A stretch of DNA of 63,891 bases, filler included, from Octopus bimaculoides (taxonomy: Eukaryota): the NCBI RefSeq assembly GCF_001194135.2. It is 9 parts of 9 records of this genome, joined end to end, with 100 filler letters (N's around TTAATTAATTAA, not from the genome) between each part and the next. Parts side by side here need not be neighbours in the genome. Positions count along the whole stretch, not along the records: positions 1 to 12,941 come from NC_068986.1; positions 13,042 to 16,318 come from NC_069006.1; positions 16,419 to 21,509 come from NC_068993.1; positions 21,610 to 37,452 come from NC_068998.1; 5 more parts are not named here. One strand, given 5' to 3'. The notes under the pieces are model-generated. The model saw only the letters and a program-made list of their open reading frames with translations, had not been told where the DNA came from and ran no database searches. This document shows positions 12,722-24,571 of the stretch, piece by piece (the first letter of the stretch is position 1; every line of letters starts with the position of its first letter). The position numbers and the translations under genes are program-made.

Positions 12722-12941
12722 CTATCATCATCATCGTTTAACGTCCGCTTTCCATGCTAGCATGGGTTGGACGATTTGACTGAGGACTGGTGAAACCGGA
12801 TGGCAACACCAGGCTCCAGTCTGATTTGGCAGAGTTTCTACAGCTGGATGCCCTTCCTAACGCCAACCACTCAGAGAGTGTAGTGGGTGCTTTTACGTGT
12901 CACCCGCACGAAAACGGCCACGCTCGAAATGGTGTCTTTTA
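12722..12941 (-). mobile_element. Family B SINE (runs into gap)
   Basis: catcatcatcgtttaacgtccgctttccatgctagcatgggttggacg... near-identical to 16062 and 56826. Confidence 0.9.
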
Positions 12942-12985
12942 NNNNNNNNNNNNNNNNNNNNNNNNNNNNNNNNNNNNNNNNNNNN

Positions 12986-12997
12986 TTAATTAATTAA
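12986..12997. other. Artificial six-frame-stop gap linker TTAATTAATTAA
   Basis: The identical 12-mer is centred between N runs here and at about 16363, 21554, 37497, 39865, 44727, 46934 and 61139. Confidence 0.95.
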
Positions 12998-13227
12998 NNN
13001 NNNNNNNNNNNNNNNNNNNNNNNNNNNNNNNNNNNNNNNNNATTATCCCTAACTTTTGTGGTATGTAGTATTTTTGCTGCTATTTCTAGCGAGTAGATGT
13101 CCTATTATAGGCGTCTCTGCATTTCTAATGAATAATACATAGTCTATTGACTGTTTTTACTCTCGCTAGGCCACTGGTGGTAAATAAAATTTCTAAAATT
13201 TTCTTTGCCACCCTATAATTTATTAAT

Positions 13228-13427
13228 TATATATATATGTGTGTGTCTGTGTTTGTCCCCCTAGCATTGCTTGACAACCGATGCTGGTGTGTTTATGTCC
13301 CCGTCACTTAGTGGTTCAGGAAAAGAGACTGATAGAATAAGGACTGGGCTTACAAAGAATAAGTCCCGGGGTTGATTTGCTCGACTGCATGGCCGCAGTC
13401 AAATGACTGAAACAAGTAAAAGAGTAA
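13228..13427 (+). mobile_element. Family A SINE 3' half
   Basis: gcttgacaaccgatgctggtgtg...aaatgactgaaacaagtaaaagag. Confidence 0.85.
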
Positions 13428-13504
13428 CCAATCACTTGCAAATGACAGCTATGATGGAGAGCTTTGAGATTTCACCAGAGTATTAGGTCAATCGAGCAAA
13501 ATTG

Positions 13505-13765
13505 CAGTGATGGCAGATACCGGTGTCATACAAATTGGCACATAAATGCATCCCGGTCATGCAAATGGCACCCGTGCTGGTGGCACATAAAAGCACCCAT
13601 TAAGCTCTCAGAGTGGTTGGCATAAGGAAGGGCATCCAGCTATAGAAAACCATGCCAAATCAGACTGGAGTCTGGTACGCCCTTCCAGCTTGCCAGTCCT
13701 GGTCAGGCTGTCCAACCCATGCCAGCATGGACAACGGACGTTAGATGATGATGATGATGGTGGTG
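13505..13765 (+). mobile_element. Family B SINE, diverged
   Basis: ggaagggcatccagctatagaaaaccatgccaaatcagactgg...ggacgttagatgatgat. Confidence 0.8.
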
Positions 13766-13944
13766 CAGATACTTATCAAAATCCCTTCTCCACAATCTCG
13801 TGAATACTCAACCAGAGTGAGGCCATCACATCTCACTAGACAGCCACCGTTATCTTCAAGGTGGGGGGGAGGTCCTCCCAGCTAAATAGGCCCATCACAG
13901 TTCAGCCACACCATTGGGTGTGTAGAGGTATGTACATAAGTATC

Positions 13945-14166
13945 TATGTGTGTGTGTCTTTGTGTTTGCCCTCCCCCCTGTCATTGCATGACAACTGGTG
14001 TTGGTGTGTTTACTTCCCCATAACTTAGTGGTTTGGTAAAAGGAATTAATAGAATAAGTATTAGGCTTTACAAAAATAAGTCTTGGGGTTGATTCGTTTG
14101 ACTAAAACCCTTCAAGGCAGTGCTCCAGCATGGCCACAGTCAAATGACTTAAACAAGTAAAAGGAA
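13945..14166 (+). mobile_element. Family A SINE 3' half, diverged
   Basis: Same 3' module with several CpG-type substitutions. Confidence 0.8.
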
Positions 14167-14830
14167 AGCATACACACTCACACATACACATGCATGAACA
14201 TATATACATGACATATACACACAAGTATGCACACACACGTTTGCACATGCAACATATGTGCACAAGTACATACACACAAATGGTATATATACACAAACGC
14301 ACACATATACATACACATGTACACATGACGCAAACATACATACACATATACAACATATACACAAGTACACACACACGCACACGCAACCTACGTACACGCA
14401 CACACACGCATTCACACATGCACACATGACAAACATACATACACATATACAACATATCTACACAAGTACACACACACACACATTCATACAAACACATGAC
14501 ATATACACAAGCACACACACACACGCACACCTTTGCACATGCAACCTATGTGTACACACACACGCACACACATTCACACATGCAATCTATGTATACAAGT
14601 ACACACACACACACATGGCACACATATACATACACATGCACACATGACACAAACATGCATACACATATACAACATATCTACACAAGTACACACACACACA
14701 CACACATTCATACAAACACAAGCACACACACACACGCACACCTTCGCACATGCAACCTATGTACACAAGTACACACATACACACACACACACACACACAC
14801 ATACACATATACATACACACGTACACACAC
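14167..14830. repeat. Higher-order CA/TA-derived minisatellite
   Basis: Recurring blocks such as catacatacacatatacaacatatctacacaagtacacac and gcacatgcaacctatgt. Confidence 0.75.
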
Positions 14831-14858
14831 TCCTATGTATAAGGAAAAGTTGACTGAC

Positions 14859-15030
14859 TTGTATTTTTAGTTTTTCTGCAAGTAAAGAGGTTTTCTCAAT
14901 CTGAAGACAACCGACCTCTCTTGGTGTCACTTCTCCGTCTTTGGTCAAAAGATTCTTACAAACCAACACATCTCCTGCTTCCAAACACATCATATTTTGG
15001 CCGACTTTCAATTCTTCTTCAAGTTTAGCA
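14859..15030 (-). CDS. Putative internal coding exon of an unidentified protein
   Basis: Acceptor ttttttttttctgtttttcag|, donor CAA|gtcagt, 172 nt, only one open frame (phase 2 to 0): AKLEEELKVGQNMMCLEAGDVLVCKNLLTKDGEVTPREVGCLQIEKTSLLAEKLKIQ. Not carrier-like; no domain recognised. Confidence 0.6.
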
Positions 15031-15249
15031 CTGAAAAACAGAAAAAAAAATTAATAATTTCTTACATTATATAAAGTACAAGGAATTGGATTTACAAGGT
15101 GACAGGGGAATGGTTTGTGAGACATTCATGCCTCTCCAAGCTCTATTCCTGGTAGTAATTAATGGTAAATCACTTCCATTGAAAATTGAAACTGGGTCTT
15201 GGAGAGGATTTTATTCATAAAAGATGTGTGTGTGTAATGTGTAAGATGC

Positions 15250-15410
15250 ATGCATGGTTGTGTGGTTGAGAAGTTTGCTTCCCTACCACATGGTTTTAGG
15301 GTCAGTCCCGCTGTGTGGCACCATGAGCAAGTGTTTTCTATTATAGCCCTGGGCTGATCAAAGCTTTGTGAGTAGATTTGCAAGACAGAAACTGAAAAAT
15401 GTCCATTTTA

Positions 15411-15447
<37 letters not shown>

Positions 15448-15880
15448 TATATATATTATATATATTTATTATATTATATATAATATATATTATATATATT
15501 TATTATATTATATATAATATATATATATATATGCATGCACAGGGGTGGCTGTGTGGTAAGAAGCTTGCTTCCCAACTACATGGTTCTGGGTTCAGTGCCA
15601 CTGCGTATCTTCTACTGAAGCCTCAGGCCAACCAAAGCCTTGTGAGTGGATTCGATAGACAGAAACTGAAAGAACCCTGTCATATATGTGTGTGTGTGTG
15701 TCCCCACCATCACTTGACAACCAATGTTAGTGTCTTTATGTCCCCATAACCTAGCAGTTCGGCAAAAGAGACCGATAGAATAAGTACTAGGCTTACAAAG
15801 AATAAGTCCTGGGATCGATTTCTTTGACTAAAGGTGGTGCTCCAGCATGGCCACAGCCAGATGACTGAAACAAGTAAAAG

Positions 15881-15881
<1 letters not shown>
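15250..15881 (+). mobile_element. Two family A SINEs (head at 15250-15400, near-full copy at 15536-15881)
   Basis: ggctgtgtggtaagaagcttgcttcccaac...ccaaagccttgtgagtggatt...aaatgactgaaacaagtaaaag. Confidence 0.85.
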
Positions 15882-15949
<68 letters not shown>

Positions 15950-16061
15950 TATATATACAGTTTGTAGTGAGGTACAGATTTTGTATATTCATAAAAGAAG
16001 GTAATCCTTTCAGGGATTCATCATGAGTCCCTGGAGGGAATGAAAGCATTCAGTAAATAGT

Positions 16062-16318
16062 CATCATCATCATCATCATCGTTTAACGTCCGCTTTCCAT
16101 GCTAGCATGGGTTGGACGATTTGACTGAGGACTGGCGAACCAGATGGCTGCACCAGGCTCCAATCTGATTTGGCAGAGTTTCTACAGCTGGATGCCCTTC
16201 CTAACACCAACCACTCTGAGAGTGGAGTGGATACTTTTTACGTGTCACTTGGCATGGGGGCCAGTTGGGCGGACCTGGCATTCATCACATTTGGATAGTG
16301 GTTTTTATGTACCTCAGC
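16062..16318 (-). mobile_element. Family B SINE (runs into gap)
   Basis: Matches 12722-12941. Confidence 0.9.
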
Positions 16319-16589
16319 NNNNNNNNNNNNNNNNNNNNNNNNNNNNNNNNNNNNNNNNNNNNTTAATTAATTAANNNNNNNNNNNNNNNNNNNNNNNNNN
16401 NNNNNNNNNNNNNNNNNNCGAAAGGGGAGTTCCTTTTCATTCATTTCCATAGCGAATTGGATTGGGACATGAATACTATTTATTAATTTAAGAAATTTTG
16501 TAAGGTCCTTCTTATTTCGGTCCCAAAATATCAATCAGTCATCTAAGAATCTTAGATTCGTGTCAAGAAGAAGAAGAAACTTCCTGTGA

Positions 16590-17100
16590 GCGATGAAAAG
16601 TGGAACGGCTATTGGGAGGTGACTGCAGATTTACCAGGGTGACAGGGACTCTTTCCCATCCCAGTTACGAAAAAAACGGACATTTCAATATTGTGTGAAA
16701 GGAAGTTGTGAATCTACTCGAGTTAACGGTTCCTCATGAAGATAATATGGACGCCGCTCGAGGAATGTGAAAACGCAAGCTGGAAAGCGGAGTATTTTCC
16801 AATCGAAGTCGGATGCAGAGGGTTTGTTGGACACACTGTGAAGCGACTGTTGTTATCGTTGGGCCTAACTCATCGTAAATACCACCATGACCGATATCCA
16901 AACTACAGTGGAAAAGGCTAGCCACTGGATTTGGTGAAAAAGAGACGATGAGCGATAGCTTGAAGAATATTGAGCTTTATTTGATATCCAGTTGTTCTAG
17001 CAAGCGGGGCCTCATATCAGTGAGGTGGGGCCAGTGCGCATTGATGCCGTCGAGAGGTAGGCCCCGAAATGGCGCGCATTCTCTCCTGATGACCCATACA
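16590..17100 (+). mobile_element. HERO-clade non-LTR retrotransposon 3' end (restriction-like endonuclease), decayed
   Basis: Frameshifted pieces WEVTADLPG, NLLELTVPHEDNMDAA, EECENASWKAEYFPIEVGCRGFVG, VEKASHWIW*KR match HERO C-terminal motifs ELTVPWE, EVGCRGF and EKASxWLW. Confidence 0.85.
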
Positions 17101-17404
17101 CTTGCTGGCTTCCGGTATGCGAAGCTTTCGACTGGTAGCACTTGCATGTGCAAGTTGTTTGCAAAACATCTGGACACATACAAGCACACATACTCAGTCA
17201 TGCATACATACATGCATACATACATGCATACATACATAAACAGCCTCCATAAACAACAGAAACATGAGCTGAGAAACACTCGTGATATAAGATGTACACA
17301 TGTGAGAGTACATAAGTCTCAAGCTAGATGATAACATAACATCGATAGGAAGAGTAGACTATTCTGGGCTTGTGCTAGATGCGTTCTAACTCTTCTAGAA
17401 CGAT

Positions 17405-18030
17405 AAGCCTTCGCTGTCCAAGCACAGATGATGGCTAGTAATTATCTGATCAATAAAATTGATAAGGATGATGCCAAACTTTGTTACCAGTTTAGAAGAT
17501 ATCTGCATAATCAACAGTTGTTTAGAAATCTCTGCAAGTTACATCTTTCCCTGAGGTATGGTAATGTTGCCAAAACTATTTAAAGTGTTGTTCGTAGGAA
17601 GAATTGCTTTAACGATCATACAAAAGGCACTTAAGAAGCACCTTTGAAAGTAAGTACAGTAATTTTTCGACTATCGCAGGTGTTACGTTCCAAAACCTCC
17701 CACAGAAATAATTAAAATCTAACAAAATATAAATACCTATCGGCCGAAGAAATCCGGATATATTGAAGAGTCCACGATATAGATTTACGTATATAAGCCA
17801 GAAAAATCCGCGATGTACTGAGTGCGCAATAGGTGAACCGTTATGTATTGAGTGCGTGATAGGTGAACCGCAATATGGCGAGGGTTTACTGTAATGCTTG
17901 TGAAGCATTCTAATAAAAAATGGCAACCCCATGTAGAAATAACAGATTCGGTATTGTTCTATATGACAAGGAAGTGGGGGCATGCTCCGTTGGAGAAGTT
18001 AAGCGCCCAACGGATATCTTGTCTAAAGAC
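17405..18030 (+). mobile_element. R4/Dong-like non-LTR retrotransposon relic, split by a MITE
   Basis: AFAVQAQMMASNYLINKIDKD...LRYGNVAKTI resembles AIQDQ..TxNY and RHxNVAKxI; it resumes after 17893 with KKWQPHVE and VKRPTDI. Confidence 0.5.
17657..17891. mobile_element. Tigger/pogo-like MITE with TA target duplication
   Basis: TA|cagtaatttttcgactatcgc ... gcaatatggcgagggtttactg|TA imperfect TIRs; internal tandem gataggtgaaccg. Confidence 0.55.
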
Positions 18031-18557
18031 ATCTATGGTGAACTAACGCGTATTTTACAGTCCTTGTCCATATTTGGTGAACCAATTAGAAACGCTTATC
18101 CAATTTATAGTTTCTATTCTATACTCTTTAATTAGAGGAGCTTGGATATGTAACAGTGATGGAGAGGTTTCAAAAAATGAACAAAGGAAACTGACTAGCA
18201 TCCTCCAATCGATCGATGAGTAATAAAGTGAACGTTTGTAAAGCATTCTACAATATATCAGAGTATCCTGAAGTGACTGTGTATGTGTGTGTGGTGTGTG
18301 GTGTGTGTGTGTGCGCATGTACGTATGTGTGTGTGTTGCGAGAGAGAGAGAGAGAGAGAGAGAGTCTGTGTGTGCCTGTATGGATGCAACCAGGTGCAAA
18401 TTAACATATACATGCGCCCATGTATGCATGAAAATAATCCCACACCCTAGTGTATATAGGACATGTACACCGATTGAATGAGTACATATACATCAACAAT
18501 GCTCCAACAGAAAGGCGACTACTCACACACACACACACAAACATACATCAAGATATG

Positions 18558-18648
<91 letters not shown>

Positions 18649-18902
18649 CTGCGTGTGCGCGTGTGTGCATATGTGTAATCATATATATACATATACGCTC
18701 ATACATATACATATACGCTCATACATATACATATATATGTACGTAAACATATATATTTATGCACACATACACATACACACACAGAAGTAAATAAACACCC
18801 CATAAAACATTATGTTTATTCTAACTTGTAAATGTCTATACTTTTTATTAATTGACATTTTTATATTTCAGTTTCTATATTCCATGTACAAAAGAAGCCT
18901 TG

Positions 18903-19420
18903 GAACTGTCCGAATTTCAAAGGGTCATTCTGAAGGTGGAAAATCTTGGGATCCCGCTTTCTATAGTTGAAATAGAAATTGTGCAATTCGCCAGTGAGTC
19001 CCCATCACCTCGCCCAGATCGACCAGGGCCCTCTAACATAGCATTTCACTTTGTTAAGAGAAGTATGGAGGATAATCCTCGTTGTAAGGCCTCTGACATA
19101 GCATAACAAGCTGATATCAGTCCCAGAACAGCTGTCAGGTATCTCCACAAATTTGGTTACAATGGTAGAGCAGCAAGAAGTAAGCCACTTCTTCGACCAG
19201 CCAACATCAAGCGGAAAAAAATTGGGCCAGTGAAAAGGTGGACAGGCCACTGGCGTTTTGGGACGCTGTCATATTCTCTGATGAATTTGAAGTATTTCCT
19301 GACATTGAAGTATTTCCTGACATTGGTCGAGTGTGAGTTTGGAGATTGTGATCAAGAATTTGATGTGAAAAGATTTCAGCCAACAGTAAAAAAAATGGCA
19401 ACTATTCTGTGATTGTCTGG
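18903..19420 (+). mobile_element. Tc1-family transposase relic (N-terminal to first catalytic D)
   Basis: ELSEFQR, SPRTAVRYLHKFGYNGRAARSKPLL, FWDAVIFSDE, FQPTVKK..SVIVW, with stops and frameshifts. Confidence 0.9.
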
Positions 19421-19505
19421 AGAGCAATTTGATGTTGGTCATATTACTAGAATATAACTTTAGGTCATCAACAAAAAATGTGTGGGTAACATTAATTTTA
19501 TTCTT
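19421..19505 (-). mobile_element. Short RT fragment (R4/Dong-like)
   Basis: KINVTHTFFVDDLKLYS resembles the SHLxxxDDLKLY catalytic motif. Confidence 0.55.
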
Positions 19506-19545
19506 TTCTTCATATATATGTGTGTACGTACGTATGTATGTATGT

Positions 19546-19800
19546 AAAGGCGCGTGTCCTGGTGGCTTGGGTGTTGCACTCACTATCTAGCGATCGTGGT
19601 TTCGATTGCCGAACCGAGCGGCTCGTTGTGTTCTTGAGCAACACAGTTCATCTCACGTTGCTCCGCGACCATTTCGACATCTGACGTATGGCTTACTTGT
19701 GCACTTGCACATGTTATGTCGATTTGATGGAGAGAATGAGCTAATGTACAGCACAAACATTTGATCATTATAAACAAACCATTTGTGTGAGTCGTTCATC
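19546..19800 (+). mobile_element. Diverged tRNA-derived SINE (D-related head)
   Basis: gatcgtggtttcgattgcc B-box followed by gtgttcttgagcaa, as at 61233. Confidence 0.65.
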
Positions 19801-20084
19801 AAGTATGTATGTATGTATGTATGTATGTATGTATGTATGTATGTATGTATGTATGTATGCGTGCATGTATGTATGTGTATATGTATGTATATATGTATGC
19901 GTGTGTATATGTATGTATATGTTCGTTTCTATGCTTAAGCGACAAAAGGAAGTCATCTTAACATTATTAGTCAATATACACGAAATACTAAGTAACGAGA
20001 AACTTAATAATATTTTTGTTAACGTCTTTAATGACAGAATATCTTAATGTAAATATTACTAACTCCTTACAAATTCCAATTCAT

Positions 20085-20138
<54 letters not shown>

Positions 20139-20555
20139 GCACACACACAAAGCACACATAAGCACAAACACATACATACACACACACAAACACATACATA
20201 TGTGTGTATCTATGAATGTATGTACCTTTGTATATATATATATATCAGCATGTACGCATGTATGTATATATAAGGACATGTAACAGAAGATGAATATAAT
20301 AACGAAAATCCAAGTCTGAGTGGAGCCTCAAGTTACACCTTATAGATTATCATCAAAACATTTACGTGCAAATGATGTCATGAAGAGACTAGTTCTGATT
20401 GCGTGTGTGAAACTTTGGTTGGGTGTTTCAAAACTAATAGGATTTTTTCTAAAGTACACAGGCTGCAATAAACATTTGGTTGCAAATACGCTGGTATTCT
20501 ATCTAAAATTCGCCATTTTATGACGTTATATATATGTATTTCTATCTTTCAAGAA

Positions 20556-21084
20556 CTATATATGCGCTGCCAATTTTATATCCGTTCTACTGTGCAATGT
20601 CCGGAAAGTATAGTTATACAGGAGAAGTCGATCCTTAAATTGGTTTGCAGTCATCTCTATATATTCACTTTCATATGCATTAATCCAAACCTCTTTGTTT
20701 AATGAGATTATTTCCAAGTTCACTGGATCCATCTCAGTCTATACACTTGCTAAACTAGGCACCACAGCATCACCAGTCAGCAACTCGATAGTTTCATCTC
20801 TGACACTAATTTGTTCCATCCTGCCTTTACCATTTTTCAGATCTTTGTTAACCTCTAAGATTTCGCCGTCCCTATCAACAGACTGCGCAACCAGTCATTG
20901 AACGATGATGGGAATAAAATAAGAGGGACCTGTTTCACGTGTTAGTTCGTAGCATCTGTCATTCCGGTATTTGCTGCTGAAGAGGAAATAACCATTCCGA
21001 AGTGTATGCATCCAACAATCTGGCTAGGGAAAGCTGTGAGCTGATTCTATGTATTTACATCCATTGTTTATAACGAGAAATTTT
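20556..21084 (-). pseudogene. Decayed ORF relic of unknown origin
   Basis: About 176 codons with only 3 internal stops: ...YELTRETGPSYFIPIIVQ*LVAQSVDRDGEILEVNKDLKNGKGRMEQISVRDETIELL... Confidence 0.4.
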
Positions 21085-21645
21085 CACCATAGTAAAATAC
21101 AGTGAATGGCTTTCTTACGACTTCAAATATGCCAGGCATATTTGAACTGGTGATAAGTTTCCATTAAGTCTAAATATATTACCTTCTTCCTCCGTTATTG
21201 TTTTTATATTCTTTCTTTTTACCGTTCCTTCACGCAAATTCATTTACTTTCCTCTCTCTCTCTCTCTTCACATTCCTCGCTCTCCGACTACCCCCCTAAC
21301 CACGCATCAGTTTTGTTCCTTACGCGCTCTCTCTCTCTCTTTCTCCATTTCACATTGACATAAATAATCTTACCCTCCCACTTTCACTGCTCCTTTCTCT
21401 GTGACTACCTCCCTCCCATGCCACATCGCTACTAAATAACAACTACCACATGCTTACGTATGCATTCTGTATATATAGACATATATACACACATAAATAC
21501 ATGCATATANNNNNNNNNNNNNNNNNNNNNNNNNNNNNNNNNNNNNNNNNNNNTTAATTAATTAANNNNNNNNNNNNNNNNNNNNNNNNNNNNNNNNNNN
21601 NNNNNNNNNTATATAAATATGTGACTATCTCTGACTGTTTGTCTG

Positions 21646-21688
<43 letters not shown>

Positions 21689-21900
21689 TCGTGGGAGTGA
21701 ACTGACAATAATTGAAGACTCCGATAAAATATTTGGAGTTACTCTTTATTTTTGTTTTGTTGTTTCTAAGGTGGATTTATTTATTCCTTTTCAACAGATT
21801 TTACTCTTCGTTTTTGTAGACTGAACCTTAACAATCTGTTCACTTTCTCCTCATCCTCATCCTCTGCCTCCTCTTCGTCGTCGTCGTCCCCACTATCATC

Positions 21901-21949
<49 letters not shown>

Positions 21950-22712
21950 CCATCATCATCATCGTCGTCGGCATCGTTCTCGTCCTCATCTTCATCCTGA
22001 TTATCGTTTCCTTGTTTTCTTTACTTTAATTATTTCATCAAGAGTTCCTAATCTTATTTTGATCTTTGTTATTCTTTTAATAAAAAAAAAACCTAACATA
22101 TTATGCATACGTATATGTGTGTGTGTTTGTCGTTTGTGTCTATGTGTTTGTGTCTTTATATATAATATGTAATCTATAAGCACACAAACACACGTATAGA
22201 CATACATACATATACACATATGTTCGTATGTGTATATATATATATCTATATATATATATATATATATAATTTGTTTCCTCGTTGCCGTTGAATATCCGCT
22301 TTTGAAATATTTTTGTTTATTTCTTTCTTCTTCTTTTCACTGTTGTTAGCGTTTAATTCATTATTTTATTTTATTTTTCAAATTTCCTTTTACAAAAAAT
22401 TTTTAATCCAAATTTTCTTATCAACAAAACAGAAACAAGCAACAAAACAATATTTGTGAAAAACACCCAAAGCACGTGACCATTTCTAGATTGCTGCCGG
22501 GGTTGAAGAATTCACAAACGTCGTTCGCTTTCTACCATTTTCAATTTTCTTTTCTTTCCTCAATTTTTCAGTCAACTAAACGTTCAACTTTTGCCAAGTA
22601 CCCAAGAATAACTGCTACCATCTGTCACCAGTTCGCTATACTCTGACATATTCTCATCATTCTTTCAAGTTTGTGTGCAAACATTTATTTGAACTTTCTG
22701 CTCCTTTCCGCA

Positions 22713-22763
<51 letters not shown>

Positions 22764-23069
22764 CCTTGATATATTACAAAGCAGGTATAGGATTTATTCT
22801 AGCTTTATCACCGTTCTCTGACTATAAGCAAAGAGAATAAGCAAAATGTTTACTTATCGTCTTTGAGCGTGTTATAGAAAATTTTGCTTATCGTCTTTGA
22901 GCGTGTTATAGAAAACTTGAGGCTCCTGCCGCAAGTCATTAAAATGTCTGAAGAGTTACTCGCTCCAAAAAGTCGCACAAGTTTGTGCGTAAATATTCAG
23001 TTGATCTTTACTCCCACTTTAATCACGCACGTAGCGTTGAACAAAGCAGGTATGAAATATTCTGTGATC

Positions 23070-23190
23070 TTAGGGCGGCGAGCTGTCAGAAACGTTAGCA
23101 CGCCGGGCGAAATGCTTAGCGGTATTTCGTCTGCCGTTACGTTCTAAGTTCAAATTCCGCCGAGGTCGACTTTGCCTTCCATTCTTCTTT
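23070..23190 (+). mobile_element. Family C SINE 5' part
   Basis: ggcggcgagctgtcagaaacgttagcacgccgggcgaaatgcttagcgg...gttcaaattccgccgaggtcgac. Confidence 0.85.
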
Positions 23191-23879
23191 CAGTTTCCAT
23201 CTACCGAATCCACAAAGACATAGAAATACGTACAACTTCAAACACACATATTTGTATGCACATACTGTTATATACCTATGTACATGTACACTCACACACA
23301 TGTGTATGTAGCCGATGGGTTTCCGAACAGTTTCCGCCTACCAAATTCTTTTGCAAGAAATAATCAATTCGGATAATTTCCCAAGGTACGACGCCGTGGC
23401 AATAAACCGTAAACAACAACTGTTTAAACCGAAATTCATAACCAGATAGTTATGCTACACCTAAATAAACAGAAAAATGAATAGATAGGTGCGTCTTTAA
23501 ATGTGTGTGCGTTTGTGCCTGATCGTGTGTGCGTGAGAGTGTGTGTATGTGTATGTGTGTATATATATATACCCACAAGTTTATACATACACACACATAC
23601 ACAGGCACATACATACACGTGTGTGAGTATATGCATATGTATACATTTTATTCACAAACTCACACAACATGGACTAAAATCTTCAGAAAAAACGAAATTA
23701 AATAATTTCAATGTCATGGTTCGCGAAAGCGAAACCGGTCGACAAACAACAATACTCTTTCACTTATGAAATATATTAAGACAATGTAAAGTGTGTACAT
23801 TTTCCTTCGTTTATCATATATGTATATATATTGCATTACAACTCATCACGTGGGGATAATTGAAATTCTCCGTTTTTCT

Positions 23880-23914
<35 letters not shown>

Positions 23915-24203
23915 GTATGTATGTATGTATGTATGTATAAGGAGATAAATGGAGGTATTGATGGCATCTCAATCTACACGAATCATTAAATTTAAAACTG
24001 CTTAACTTTTAAATATTTGGTCGATTCGTTCATTGTTGAGACTAAAATTAATAATTATTACATCAACATTGAAATATAGAATTTTGATTTCGTTATTTGG
24101 GAACTAATAGGCATTAATTTAAATATTTAGATGTAAACATATCTTAATTATATATACGTCTGTATGTGCGGTTAAACACGTATGTGTTTATGTGTGTGTT
24201 TAT

Positions 24204-24245
<42 letters not shown>

Positions 24246-24464
24246 CATTACAAGTCATAATTTCTAAATGGTTTCATGAACTAAAATGCGAAGGCTTCAA
24301 ACAATATGTATTTTGAGTATATTTATACAAACATTGTGAAGGCGTTGGCTTATATTCATCCACACACATACACACACACATACACACACACATATGCACA
24401 CACAGGTAGCTGCACGTACCGGTACGCGCAGTTCTATGTCTCTTTCTCTCTCAAATTTTATTTG

Positions 24465-24521
<57 letters not shown>

Positions 24522-24536
24522 ATACACGTGAAAGTA

Positions 24537-24571
<35 letters not shown>

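Noticed and set aside
12986-12997. TTAATTAATTAA recurring eight times, resembling a conserved palindromic site
   Set aside because: Always centred between N runs; a six-frame-stop assembly spacer, not biology.
17040-17100. GAAA and CTGATGA in the HERO 3' UTR
   Set aside because: Order and pairing do not give a valid hammerhead topology; stem I is missing.
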